A DNA stretch of 64,000 nt from assembly GCA_030324005.1 (NCBI GenBank), contig JARDVH010000121.1:10685715-10749714 (forward strand), in the 5' to 3' direction. The translations under genes were made by a program, and so were the position numbers. Origin of the DNA: Negaprion brevirostris. Its lineage: Eukaryota. This document shows, piece by piece, positions 1 to 12,505 of this stretch. Each line of letters starts with the position of its first letter. Position 1 is the stretch's first letter. A model generated the notes under the pieces. It saw nothing but the letters and a program-made list of their open reading frames with translations, did no database searches and was not told the origin of the DNA.

Positions 1-802
1 CCATGTTGACATTTATTTTCTCATTTCAATAGCCCTTGCGAACTTATTTCATTGGCGCTGCATTTACCCATACTGCCTGTTTATGCACATGAATGATATA
101 TGCAAACGATCCCTGGAGTAGCTTACGTTTAATTGCCAGCAACGTTGTTTAGAATTTGAAATCTATGGACAACAAGGTTTGTACGAATGACAAGATTGTG
201 CACATAAATAATGTTTCTTCTTGATGTTTTTTCCTATTTGTTATTCACCGAAATGTGTGATTGACATTGACAAAAATCTCAGTTTGTATTCGAGATTGTT
301 TAAAGTGCAACCTGTTGCCAAATTGTTTTCGTCGGATTTCACTATTGGATAGATTGGAAACATAACATGGAGAGTTTCCTATTTCCCAGGACCACGTTCT
401 GAGTCTTACTAATATCCTGCTGCAGCAGAGAATCAATGTCCATCCAAGAAGATTCTGTACCACAAATTTGACAAAACATCTACAACGTCCACATGTCCTC
501 ACTTCATGTCTGTGTATGCTGTATAAAAAATTAATGCAACCGCATTTCTATGATTTTGTAACTACGTCGTCATGTATCTATTTTCTGGCTGGTTGCTAAA
601 AATTAATAAGTGTTTCTTCTTCCGATTATCCATGGATTTCAAATACTAAAAACGTTATTGCAATTAATTGTGTTTATGAGCTAATGTTTTCAATTGAGCA
701 TCAATCTCCAATATCTATATTATTGTTATCCACCTGGAAGTAATATATCTGCAGTTGAAGTCTAAAAATTGAAAAATAATTTTTAAAAACCGGCTATTTC
801 GG

Positions 803-829
803 AGGAACAGCTGAAGAAGAAAGATAAAG
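803..829 (+). pseudogene. Degenerate 27-nt micro-exon copy (EEQLKKKDK) with non-canonical splice sites
   Basis: ctatttcgg|aggaacagctgaagaagaaagataaag|ggggca. Same length, phase and peptide class as E2/E3/E5, but GG replaces both AG and GT. Confidence 0.55.
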
Positions 830-942
830 GGGGCACGTTAAAATGCACATTTCGTTTTATTCCTCCCATATTCCATATTGCACAAAATTGCTTCATTCGT
901 GGCTTGGGAAGCTGCACACACATTTAGAAGCAAGAGTTTCTC

Positions 943-1012
943 CACACACGCACACACACAGACACACACACACACACACACGCACACACACACGCACATA
1001 TACATACACACA
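943..1012. repeat. (CA)n microsatellite, imperfect
   Basis: cacacacgcacacacacagacacac... seen directly. Confidence 0.95.
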
Positions 1013-2384
1013 CTACCTCACTACCGACGTTTCATAATTCCCCTCCACTGCTTAATTTCAGCTCTCCCCATCGCAAGGTCCAGCTTAACTCCCAGTCAGT
1101 TGCTCCCACCCCTATCTGTGTCCTCTCACCATTGAGCATCTCCCCTTGAAAAAAGAATCAATGCTTCCTATTTGTAAACCCATTGGACGTAACCTATAAA
1201 TTGCAGAATGTTTCTCAGTCTTTTTTAACCAATATTTTCCTTCATGCTTTCCATTCGTGACTGTGACTGTTCAGTCCCTTTTGCCCCTGTGTTTTTCCAG
1301 TACGGGCAAATGTTTTTTGTTCCCTTTCCATCTACTCCAGTGAGTAAAGACACAAAGGATCTCACGTTAAAATGTTTCCCAATATCTTTGTTAAAAACAA
1401 TTACTTCATGAACTACTGCCAGGTAAGGGGTCAAAGATCAAGTTACCCATGGTCCTCCGATTTTCATACTTGCAGAATTAGTCTGGTTATTTTTATATTT
1501 TTGCTTATTTTCCATGGACTTTAAATCACCCTCTTCATTGCAATTTAATACTGGTCCCTGGCTGGTTTTGAAAACAATTCCCAACCTTCTGGGCAAACAC
1601 AAATCTTTGCAGAACTGCTCACCCTTCTGTTCAATTTAACGTTAACTTTCATTCACTCAGTTAGCCACTGATGGTGCGTCATTTTGGTGGATTTCTTTTT
1701 CTGTTTTTTTTCAACTGAATATATCTCAATGGAATCGATAATTAACTCTCTGATGCTAAAAGTTATTTGCCCATGGCTTTCCCTTTAACATATCTTCCTA
1801 TTCTCCTTTTGCCAAAGATGGTAATTGTCCATTAATGATTAAAAACATCCTTTCAAACACGAATTTCCCGCCTTCAAACAACACCCTAACTTTGTTGATC
1901 TTTTTCAATTATGTATTTATGAAGCAACGTCTCATATAAGATTCAAGGGTACAATAAGCTTCATCGAGGTTTATTGGAGACCTTATTATTCTAAGATCTT
2001 TTGCATAATGCAATCAATGAACTCATCCTTCAGGATAGCTTCCACCTTGAATTGTCCAATTCAGGTCAGGGTTCAAATCTCACAAGTTTATTGTTGGACA
2101 TTTCCTGAAACCCTCATTCTTTTTCTTTATACTCTATGTCGTGGCGATTGTCAGAGGGTATAAAGAATATTACAACGCATGACGAATTTGTTTGGCTATT
2201 TATTGAATATGAACAAACTTCTTCAGAATTTGCCCCTCTGAACCACAACCATTTCTTACTATAGAACTAATTTTGTCCTTCCCTTTCAAGGAACAACCTT
2301 TTTTTCATAAGTCTTGTTTTTCAGAAATATGCTACGTATTGAATACCCATGCCTGAGCTATTGCCGCAAGATAGCCATGATTCC

Positions 2385-2468
2385 TGTAATGACCAAAGCC
2401 GGGATTCGAACTCCGGGACAGTGGGGCCGTGAGTCAACAGTGTTAATCACTGTGTCACCATGCCACCC
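2385..2468 (-). mobile_element. tRNA-derived head of an HE1/V-SINE-like SINE, truncated
   Basis: Reverse complement reads gggtggcatggtgacacagtgattaacactgttgactcacggccc...gagttcgaatcccggc, with A/B-box-like motifs and similarity to the other copies. Confidence 0.75.
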
Positions 2469-2619
2469 ACGTCTTGAAGGTTTTGATCTGTATGCTCCAA
2501 AATGACTGTTTTTTTTTTCTCTGCCGCATTGCTATGTTCCTATCTTTCCTGTAACTTTCTATTTGTAATCATTCAATTGCTGCCCTACTCCACAAGTTGA
2601 CCACATTTTCCCCACAGTA

Positions 2620-3330
2620 TGTATTGTGATATATGATAATAACAAAATGTGACCTTATATGCCCAATGCCAATACCTTCTGGCCCAACTTACAGTTCTCA
2701 AGTTATCAGCTATTCGTCTCTGCTTTTGGTCATAAACTGTGCAATATTCTGCCACATAGCATTTTGCTTATACCAAAAAATGTGGTTGCTATCCACGTCA
2801 GCAAACATCGCTGAATCATTCCCCTCCAACTTCAAGATCTCCTCTCCGCTCACTCCAGAAAGTGAAGGTAGTCTTCAGGTATCATGTTCGTGCTTGAAAA
2901 GATCACTGTCAATTAAACCATCTTAAAAGATCTATCCGCTACTCCAAAAGCACACTTATAGCAGCCTCCTGCAATTATGTTCCCTGCCCAAGCGTGTGTG
3001 GTGAATTTACTCATCCATCGTGCAGTCTCGTCTCAATTCCAAACAAGCTAAAATAACTTGTTGGACAGTTAAAAGAGCTAAGTCTCCTTAAACTCCACCT
3101 TCGAGATCCACATATTGACATCTCTACCAATGACAATCTCTTCAGCCTTACCACAGACGACCACAGAAGGGGCACAAATGGAACATTGTTTCCAATTAAC
3201 CATTCGCTTTCCCGATTTTCTGAAGTTCGTAGGTTAATTCATAAAATTCTAATTGATTTCCTTGAAGCTGCAGACAGTTATGACAAATTAGGCTGCCTCT
3301 GAGACCACATGATCTACAACAAATCGTCGA
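2620..3330 (-). mobile_element. Highly decayed Ty3/Gypsy-like pol fragment (RNase H to integrase zinc-finger region), tentative
   Basis: Minus-strand remnants ARWMSKF...GNIIA and GISKM...NCKLGQK occur in the order expected for RNase H and the H2C2 finger; many stops and frameshifts. Confidence 0.35.
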
Positions 3331-3503
3331 CTCTAAAGCTTTTGTCTAATTTTTTATTTAACTGACCAGTTTTCAAGTTCATAATATTACTCAGTGACCA
3401 TCCGTATGCATATTAGAGTCGAATTAGACACGATATAAATGGCATGTCAAATACCAAGAATTGATTTAATGTCATGTTAAGTCATTGCTCCATCTTATGG
3501 GTA

Positions 3504-3504
<1 letters not shown>

Positions 3505-3536
<32 letters not shown>

Positions 3537-3539
3537 TGT
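3505..3539. repeat. (TG)n microsatellite
   Basis: Seen directly. Confidence 0.95.
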
Positions 3540-4692
3540 TTGTCTGAAACTATAGACCTGAAAAATGGAAACCCACAACACGTTGACTCGACACTTGTTC
3601 CTATCAGCAGTCTGAGACTGATTTGTTTTTCATAATCCTGTTGCAATACTTCACCAAGAGATAAGCTTTCCAACTTAACCTCTCCGTTTGACTGAAAATC
3701 TTGATTCTATCCACACCGGCCCCGCCCCGCACGCGCCGCTGNNNNNNNNNNCCCCCCCCCCACCCCCCCCCCCCCCCACCAAACCATCATTTTAAGATGG
3801 TCAGGCGAACAAACGTACAACATGACTGCGCTCTCATGCAAATAGCGTAGAATTTCACTCCACCATCTGAAGCAATGACTTCACCTTACCATAGCCGATT
3901 ATACCATGTTCCTTTTAATTTCTGAATTTGAGATTTTCCATAAATCCTAAAGTTCTGAATAATCAGAAGTCATCTTTCACAATTGTTATTTTTTATTATT
4001 AGTTATTTGTGCCCCTTGACACACAATAGGATAATTAAAATTGATAACCCGATGATGCTTTGCTCTGAATCTTGTAAATTCTACATCGTGATGTTTACAG
4101 TGCATTTGGAGAGATGGCTCGTGCGATCACTTAAGGTATTCTTTGGCCAAAGTGATTACATTGTTTAGCCTAGAAATAATATGGAAATCTAGAATACTAT
4201 AACGTGTAATTCATGCCTTTGCATTTAAGAGATTATATAGACTTCAGTCCGGNNNNNNNNNNNNNNNNNNNNNNNNNNNNNNNNNNNNNNNNNNNNNNNN
4301 NNNNNNNNNNNNNNNNNNNNNNNNNNNNNNNNNNNNNNNNNNNNNNNNNNNNTTTGGATTCAACATTATTGATGACAATTAAACATTGTAACCATCAAGA
4401 GATTAAAATCTGATGCGTGCAATATGTATTACCAAGCAATATCGCCAAATTGATTTTTTAACTCATCCCATTTTGTCAAAACGAAATTACCTTGCTGTCG
4501 AATAAAGAACCCATTCTTCAGTCTCATTGACTTCAATAGAACTTAATGTTAGGCGTGATGCAAATTGTGTGGCGAATCCCGTTGTACCATGTCAGCTCAA
4601 GTTTCCAATCGTGTCAATATTGTACTTTCCATCCCGTTGCACTCTAATTCTGGAATATCGTTCGTCTTGTTTCTTATTGTTTTTTTCATTAG

Positions 4693-4728
4693 GAATAAAA
4701 GAGCTCCAAGAAAATCTATCATTTGCAG
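4693..4728 (+). CDS. Micro-exon E1, 36 nt, (G)IKELQENLSFA
   Basis: ttgttttttcattag|gaataaaagagctccaagaaaatctatcatttgcag|gtgaga. Confidence 0.85.
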
Positions 4729-5299
4729 GTGAGAGGGGAGATCAAACCGTAGGATTATGCTCTTTAATCGATGCAGGATTCAACACGAATGAGGATGAAA
4801 TCATTTAAGACAATTCCAATTTCCAAACATTGGAAAACCTTCGATTGGGTATGGCAGGAGATGCAATTCCATGTGTAATGGGTGCATTCATGCCCAATTT
4901 TATCACTAAAAAGGGACAGCACAGAACATACGAGTATAATTATCGCGCTCGGAATTGATTGTTGACAGGATCATAGATTACGACGGCAGTACCCCCTCCT
5001 GACCTGAATAACTACGCAACTACCACATGATCAAGCTCTCGAGAAGAGTGGAGTACCAAAACTCCAGCTATTTTCGGAAGCAAACCAAACAATACCCTTC
5101 CAAATATGATATGCACCCAAGCAGTTTACGTGAGACAAAATCTGAGTCAGCCCGACCACCAGCCTCATTCCATTAATACCACTGAATTATCGCGCCCTAA
5201 ATCCGAGAAGCTCCAAATCCCCACTTCCTCCTGATAGCTCCAAAGCCGATATGGAATGCTTGGCTGCCTTCTGAAAGAGCACTGAAGTTTCTGACCACA

Positions 5300-5900
5300 A
5301 AACAACTTATTCTCATGGCCCAACTATACACTGACCCAACTGCACATCTAACAATTTCATCCACATCAACTTCCTCCTCAATAACCTGTCCATTCTCACA
5401 TCATTATATCTGAAGCAATCTACCCAACTACCCAACTATCCAAAATTCCTGTACCCACTTAAGCATTTCACCGCCTTACCTATACACAAAACCCATGTAT
5501 CTACGAAGATCAAATTACTGTCCAGGCACCTACCTTGTCACAGAGCTGACGACAAGCATCACTGAAATACACATGTCCCTACGTAATTCGTTTGTGCCGA
5601 CATTTACACAATTCAGCCATTCACCCACTCACCCAATGATCCTTCCACTCATCTACCGGTAACCCAAGTACAAACTTCATCCATTTACGCAACAACAAAA
5701 TTAATCCATTTCATCCAACTTCACAAAAACTTAGCCACCTCACCTGCTCACGCACCGACTCAGCTTATGTATTTACCCACTTTAGCAGCTTACGCATCCA
5801 TCTAACGATCCGTCTACCCCAATCAAACATGAGTTAATTCATACAATCATTCCGTCATTTTTTCAATAAATGGTCCAATGAACGTTCACTCGCCCGTTCA
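5300..5900. repeat. C/A-rich low-complexity degenerate simple repeat (acccac/catcc motifs)
   Basis: Strong G depletion on the + strand with recurring cacccact/ctaccc motifs. Confidence 0.55.
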
Positions 5901-6296
5901 TGAATCGACCCTCAATTACTCGATCTTTAAGATTAAGTTCTTGTCCATTTCTAATTTCCATTGAACTTTAGTGGAAAGGGACTGCCTTCGCATCATCGCA
6001 CTCCATACCATGTGGTACATTCAAAATTTATCGTAGAGGGGAACAAAATTAAACCACACCATCGGAATGAATGAAGAAGAATCTCGTTTGAAGTTCCAAT
6101 GCTGTGTGACTGGGAAAAGGTTAGTCAGTGTTCACTTCGAACGTTGTTCAACTTGTGAAACGGATTATGGATGTTTTATTTCTATCTCATTGGCTGTGCA
6201 TGCTATTCGGCCTATTGTTTTCAACATAATTTGCCCCAGTTCTCAATGTAAATATTTTCTCCCGCTAATATTGCCGTTCTGGCTTGTTTGTCATAG

Positions 6297-6323
6297 AAAA
6301 ACAACTGGAGAAGAAAACAAAAG
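6297..6323 (+). CDS. Micro-exon E2, 27 nt, EKQLEKKTK
   Basis: cttgtttgtcatag|aaaaacaactggagaagaaaacaaaag|gtaagg. Confidence 0.88.
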
Positions 6324-6908
6324 GTAAGGGTCTCAAATGCGGAAATGCATGTTTTAACTGTCGTTAAGCCAAAAAGTAAACATGCATTTCTTAAGCCCGT
6401 TGTATAATTTCAAGTTCATTTCTTTAAAACTGGTTAACATTCGAGTGTTTCCATTCTATTTATATATGTTTGAGTGCAGTTTTTCAATATTAATTCCACA
6501 TTAACACATTCTACTAGCATGTCTTTACAATACCATAAGCCCTTTTTGTCTCCTCGATGCCATCACTAACACAACCTTTGTCTTAGAACCAGAGCGATTT
6601 GGTCACTCTTGCCTTTGCTCGGACCAATCTATGACTGACTATTCTGTCCCACTGTCTCCAGCACCTCTCCAATTACAATTCTTCCCATACTTAATCTCCA
6701 AAGATGAGTCCCATGAACAGGAAATGTTCAATCGTGTTCCATTTCCACAGATTCTGCATTAAAAATAGGGCATCTAAACTCAAAATAACCTATTAAACCA
6801 GCAACATACCGTCATGTCCAGCAAGTACCCACACCCACACGATCATTTTTTGTCAATTAGCAGGACAATGGGTGCTTTCGATGAAGATATCCCAGGAGGT
6901 AGAAGAAA

Positions 6909-7252
6909 GGGCGGCACGGTAGCGCAGTAGTAAGCGCTGCTGCTTCACAGCTCCAGGCTCCTGGGTTTGATTCCCTGCTTGTGTCACTGTCTGTGCGGCG
7001 TTTGCACATTCTCCTCGTGTCTGCGTGGGTTTCCTCCGGGTGCTTCGGTTTCCTCCCACAGTCCAAAGATGTGCAAGTTAGGTTGATTGGCCATGCTAAG
7101 GAATTGTTCCTTAGTGTCCAGGGATACGAAGGTTAGAGGGATTAGTGGGTAAGTATGTAGGGATTTGTGGGTAGGGCCTGGGTGAAATTGTGTTCGGTGC
7201 AGACTCGATGGGCCGAAGGGCCTCTTTCTGCACTGTAAAGTTCTAAGTTCTA
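6909..7252 (+). mobile_element. Full-length HE1/V-SINE-like tRNA-derived SINE
   Basis: gggcggcacggtagcgcagt...gggtttgattccc head, V-domain core tctgcgtgggtttcctccgggtgcttcggtttcctcccacagtccaaagatgtg, CR1-like tail gatgggccgaagggcctctttctgcactgta. Confidence 0.92.
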
Positions 7253-8387
7253 ATATATTGCCTCCTTTGAAATGAGTCACAGTGTTAAGCTTGCCAAGTA
7301 AATCACCCCTGAAACTTCGCTATATTGTGCTGTGACGTGTGACACAGTATATCACCAAATCAAATGAGGAGTATCTTAATTTGTGCTCCGAACCTAAGTG
7401 GCTCCTCCATAGCCCCCTGTAACTTCTTGGGCGTTGCTATCTATTTCTAGATGCGATCCTCCAGCCGGAAGCGTGGTCATTTTTTTATATTTGATATAAA
7501 ATCGGTGAGGCTGCCAGCATATCAATTTTATGAATTTTTTTTAATTCCCTCAATCAATAGCGAAATGAGTTCTTTTAAAATTCACCGAAAAATAGTAAGT
7601 TGCAGTAGAAAATAATGCAAATTATCCAGTCCCACCTCTGCTGACTTTTCCAAAATTCAGGTGTGCTTAATTTTTTCAGCCATAAATGCAGAACCCCTCA
7701 TGCACGGCTGCTAGCATATGTCTTGTCCACAACCCACTAAGCACATTACAGTGAAATATGCTTAGAACTTTCAACTGTCATACGGAGTCGAATGATGTCC
7801 TCAAGGTAATTTGTGAATGATTTTCAATCCATGGTCATTAGGATTTGGTCTTCGATACCTTCTCACCTTGAATTCAAGTGCTTGATGTTATGTAACCTCC
7901 TTAATTCCAAGGATTGAAATTCCACGGTTTCACATTTCTTCGTCTTGACTTTATTCCTCATTCATGCTAANNNNNNNNNNNNNNNNNNNNNNNNNNNNNN
8001 NNNNNNNNNNNNNNNNNNNNNNNNNNNNNNNNNNNNNNNNNNNNNNNNNNNNNNNNNNNNNNNNNNNNNNTTCTCATAATTGCGCGTTAGATATTTAAAA
8101 ATCCCTGGACGTTGGCGTCTCTGCCTAAGTGTGCCAGCCATTATCCAGCAACCGTTATTCTCGAAACACGTTTCGAAATGGACGTACCTTCTTTCAATAA
8201 CTTTGTATTTGCACACCAATTTCTGTCTGTTCGTTCACAATTTTCGACGCCATGCCCTGTACAGCAGATTGCCGTCCATAACAATTTACCAAAATTTCAC
8301 AGAATCACATAATGTATTACATAGTTCGTTGTCCTGCCCACTTCAAATGCCTGGCTTTCTTATTTTGTAATCAGAACCTCTGTACTA

Positions 8388-8705
8388 GGTAGCACTGTGG
8401 ATAGCACTGCTGCTTCACAGCTCCAGTGGTCTGGGTTCGATTACGGGCTTGGGTCACTGTCTGTGTGGGGCTTGCACGTTCTCCTCGTGTCTGCGTGGGT
8501 TTCCTCCCACAGTCCAAAGATCTGCGGGTGACGTTGATTGGTCATGCTAAAATTGTCCTTTAGTGTCCTGAGATGCATAGATTAGAGGGATTTGTGGGTA
8601 AAATATGTAGGGACATGAGGGTAAGGCCTGAGTGGAATTGTGATCGGTAAAGACTGGATGGCCCAAATGGCCTTTTCTTCTCTGTAGGCATTCTGTGATT
8701 CTACG
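8388..8705 (+). mobile_element. HE1/V-SINE-like SINE
   Basis: Same head, core and tail as the 6909-7252 copy. Confidence 0.9.
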
Positions 8706-9269
8706 ATACGTCTAATGCCACAGCTTTTAGAAAACAAAATTGTTACCGACACACAGTGAAGCTAATGAGACTGCTCAGGTTCCAAACGTCTCAAAAGCCC
8801 ATCGTTTTATTTGCTACATAGTCGATTTATTATTCTTACCGTAATTCTACGTTTTGGTCTGTTAATTTCTTCTCCATATGCCTTTGGCATTGTTTTCGAA
8901 GATTATCAGAAAGTGAACGTTTGAAGTATCTGGCTCATATTATTTTTCTTATTTTATATCAAATGATTCAATCAATTTCAGAGACGTTATTTGCGTTTAC
9001 AGATCTGTGTATGTGCTGATGAACTCACAATTCGTTTTTCCAGCAATTGGATTTCCTTCCGTTTAACATTCTGTAAGGCATCAGTTATTTGGACTCTGTC
9101 ACAAGATGGACTATCCGTACTTAGCAAAACCCAAATGCCGTTGTAGAACTTGAAGAGAAGACAGAAGCTCTTGGAGAAACAGGTGAGGGATATAATGCAA
9201 ATTATGAAAAAAAATATCGCCATCGGCAAATTGGATTTCCTGTATTTGGAAGTTGTCACCATTCATTGT

Positions 9270-10110
9270 ATACTGCTTCCATCGAAAATAAAAATGGTCA
9301 AGGTGTACAATTTGAGAGAAGACGTAACAATGTTGGCAGATAAAACCAAATGAGAACCAAAGATGTTTTACCGGTACGTTAAAAGCAGTACAAAGTAGAT
9401 ACAACTAAGGGAGAGGTAGGGACTACCAGCGATATGCATGCAAAATCAGGAATTGATTCAGAAACTGTTTTGAACCATGAGGGTTCTCGACATCGAGGGT
9501 AGTCAGACTGGAAGGAGAGGGATGATTCAGGCATCCCAGTGACAGACTGGTAATCTGAAAAAATATGGACAAAATGCACAGTGAGAGTGGAAGTACAGGA
9601 AGCTAGCTTCCTTGAAGGTGTACAAATTACGAAGGCCAGATGCATTTTCTGTTGTCAGATTACACCAAGGAAGAGATCGAGAATGCCCTGAACATGATGT
9701 CCTTATTCTGAATATTTCCAGGTACTTTACCAGAGTATTCACAACGTGCAAATTTGTAACACTATTCCAACACAGAGGAAATGATAGGACAGAAAACCGT
9801 AGATCTGTCATGTTGATTTCAGTGATGGAAGTTTACTGAAGACCATTCTGACAGACAGGTTGGATTGTCACTTTGAAAGGTGCAGATTGATCAGGAATAG
9901 GCAGCATGGTTCGTTTGAGGAAGATCATGTCTTACTGACCTAATCGAGATTTTTGAGGAAGTAACACCAAATATTGATCAGGGTAATGCATAGTGCATTA
10001 TCTACTCCGATTTTCGCAAGAGATCTGACAAGGTTTCACATAGCCAAACGGCCAAATGGTGAGATATAGGGGAAGGTGGCAGTTTGGGATCAAAATTGGT
10101 GCATCTATAG
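9270..10110 (+). mobile_element. Decayed CR1-clade LINE ORF2 (RT region) fragment
   Basis: Typical CR1 segments cagcatggttcg...agatcatgtcttactgacctaatcgagatttttgaggaagtaaca...gacaaggtttcacat; frameshifted. Confidence 0.8.
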
Positions 10111-12029
10111 GCGGGACTTTATATGCCCAACCCAAAAAAGGAAAATCCCGCTCCAAGGCAATGGCTCATCCATTGTAAGCCTCTTGCCCGTTCCGATTCT
10201 ATAGTGGCTGGGGCAGTTGAATTCTGGCGAAAGTGTTGGCTGATGTTTTTGCAAATATAAAACAGCTGGGATCTATGTTAATTGTTCTGTAGATTAATGA
10301 GTTAGATTGAACTGAGGAACTTGTGCTTGACACAAAATAATCACTACACCGTCGATAGGGAAGAAGATAGGTTTCGATTCTTGAATTATTTCAATGGTTT
10401 AATCAATGGAATTTAACTCAAAAAACTGAGGCAAAGCAACGGAATGATAAATTGAGTGCTTTCGAAGCTTCGATTGCACATACATAATTCTATTAAATAA
10501 TTTGTGCACATTCATTTTTGAAATATAAAGTGCAAGCAATCTGCAACATGGAACCGTCAAAAGCCATTGAACACCTAACACTTACTTCAGCATTCGATTA
10601 GTTCATTAGTGATCGCAAACATAACTCAAATTATTTGCTTCCACACAATATTATACCAACATGAAACAAAATGCTTAGTTCTACTTCTCCGAAGCACAAT
10701 TTATACCTTATTCCAAGGTTCTTGTGGTAGAAAGCGTAGAACTGTTCAGAGTTCTGCTCTCATTCGTGTCAGGAAGTTATTTCCTCTGTCTTCCTGAACT
10801 GTCGACTGGTTGTTCAAGGTAACAGTCCCCGTTATTGTTTCCTCCTACGGAAATGTTTGAATATCTCGATGATATCACTCACGAGTCCTTCACAATCAGT
10901 GGATTGGAAAGGATGTTTTTTCTGCTAGATGTTTTACTACTTCAGCAAAACATTGCCGATATTATCCCTGAGCTCAGATGGAGATGATCAATTCCTCATT
11001 CAAGGTAAATTTGACCAAATAAAACAGAAACAAAAATTGTGTACCCCCATAACTACGGAAAGCTTTAATTCTGCCTAGTCCACAACCTTCCCTTTCACGT
11101 TCGATTAGATAAATTATGAAACATTGCCACCATATTCTGGAATATAGACCTTTCCAGTGAACATCAGGATAGAATTTATTTTTCGGTAGCATTGACAATG
11201 TATGCCTGTATTGCTGCGGAATATATAATCAGTTCAGTGAATGCGTGAATTGAACATTCAATATGCTGAATAAAGATGGACGTGGATGGTTCACATGTCG
11301 ATTCCAAGGTCCTGATGAAAGCAACGTTTGCTTCTGTTTCATTATTCACTCATGGCAAATGGGCGTTGCTGGTTCGGCCAAATTTAATGTGCATTGTCCT
11401 TTTGAAGGTTGTGGTGAGCTCCATTCTTAAATAGTTACAATCAGTATAGTGTTGGAAGACATAGAGTGCTACTACATATGAAGCAGAGAACGTGCTTTCC
11501 TCGATTGCAAAACGATAACCGGTGTTACTCTAATTTCTGCCGAATTGATCGAGGAAATATTTCTCATCACAATTAAATTGTGCTGCAGAAGTTTGTATAA
11601 CATCTGAGAATCAAATAGCACAATTCTATGTGTTTCACAAGAATTTAGCAACAAACAGAAAACAATAAAGTAAGGCCTATGATTTCGAAATGAGGGAGAG
11701 ATATCTAATAAACTGCATTGCATTACACGCTGATTCTCAATTTCATCAGGCATTCAATACCATTGACTTCAACTGTTTGAATGCAGGTCCTTGATGAGGC
11801 ACGTCAGTGAGTTGTCCATCCTGCTTTGTACACGCATGCAAAAGCTAACATGCAAACCTCTCGTATGGGCAGTTTACTAACGAGAATCACAATGCAAGTA
11901 TGTACGAGAAAGAACGAGCATACAGAACAGCAGGTTTCCTTGTATTTCTACCACATTCTCCCTCAAACACTATGATCTCGCCATTTCCTCACAGTCTAAA
12001 AGCACTCCTGAATCTTGCGCCCAACGGAG

Positions 12030-12380
12030 ACAAGCCAGGCGGCTAGTTTGGCATCACATCCACAAACAGTGCGTCCTGTCACCACTTTTCACAGAATGCA
12101 GTCCAGGAAAGCACCACAGTTCCTTCGGCAGTATTATCCAAACCCATGGTCCTGTACAATGATGGAGCATTGGCTGGAATTTATGCTCCAAAACATTCAA
12201 CATCCTGATTTGCAAATATATTCCTTCACAATTTGTTGAGTCAAAATCCTGAAACTCTCCCTCAAACAACTTGGTGGAAGTACCTTGGAATGCAGATCGT
12301 CACTACATTCTCAAAGGAAATTAGGGATGGACAATAAATGTTGGCCAAACCACCAAGGCACAAACACTTTGAATGAATAC
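12030..12380 (+). mobile_element. Old non-LTR LINE 3' end, family undetermined; related copies at about 11335-11460(-), 30960-31160, 47220-47340 and 55560-55800
   Basis: Shared motif gtcaaaatcctg...ttctcaagggcaattagggatgggcaataaatgctgg, in diverged form, at several places in the window. Confidence 0.65.
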
Positions 12381-12478
12381 AAGCAATATTGAAAAGGGTG
12401 TGTGCATTTTCTTTTAGAATACTGTACTCAATGTCTCTTTCTTAAGCCATATCTTACATTCGCCATTTACACCTGCAG

Positions 12479-12505
12479 CACAAAACTTACTCAAGAAAGA
12501 CAAAG
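12479..12505 (+). CDS. Micro-exon E3, 27 nt, AQNLLKKDK
   Basis: catttacacctgcag|cacaaaacttactcaagaaagacaaag|gtagta; the donor is weaker, but the peptide matches the ..KKxK class. Confidence 0.78.

Noticed and set aside
153-176. 24-nt AG..GT segment (EFEIYGQQ in phase 1)
   Set aside because: Length and peptide do not match the exon classes, and the donor gtttgt is weak. It cannot be fully excluded.
4101-4135. tttacag|...aag|gtatt candidate exon
   Set aside because: 35 nt, frame-breaking, and the peptide is unlike the array.
6909-6985. tRNA-like sequences with A/B boxes
   Set aside because: These are SINE heads that continue into the SINE core; they are not tRNA genes.
11787-11806. atgcag|...|gtgagt candidate exon
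   Set aside because: 20 nt with a TGA in phase 1; no AG at the position that would give 27 or 36 nt.
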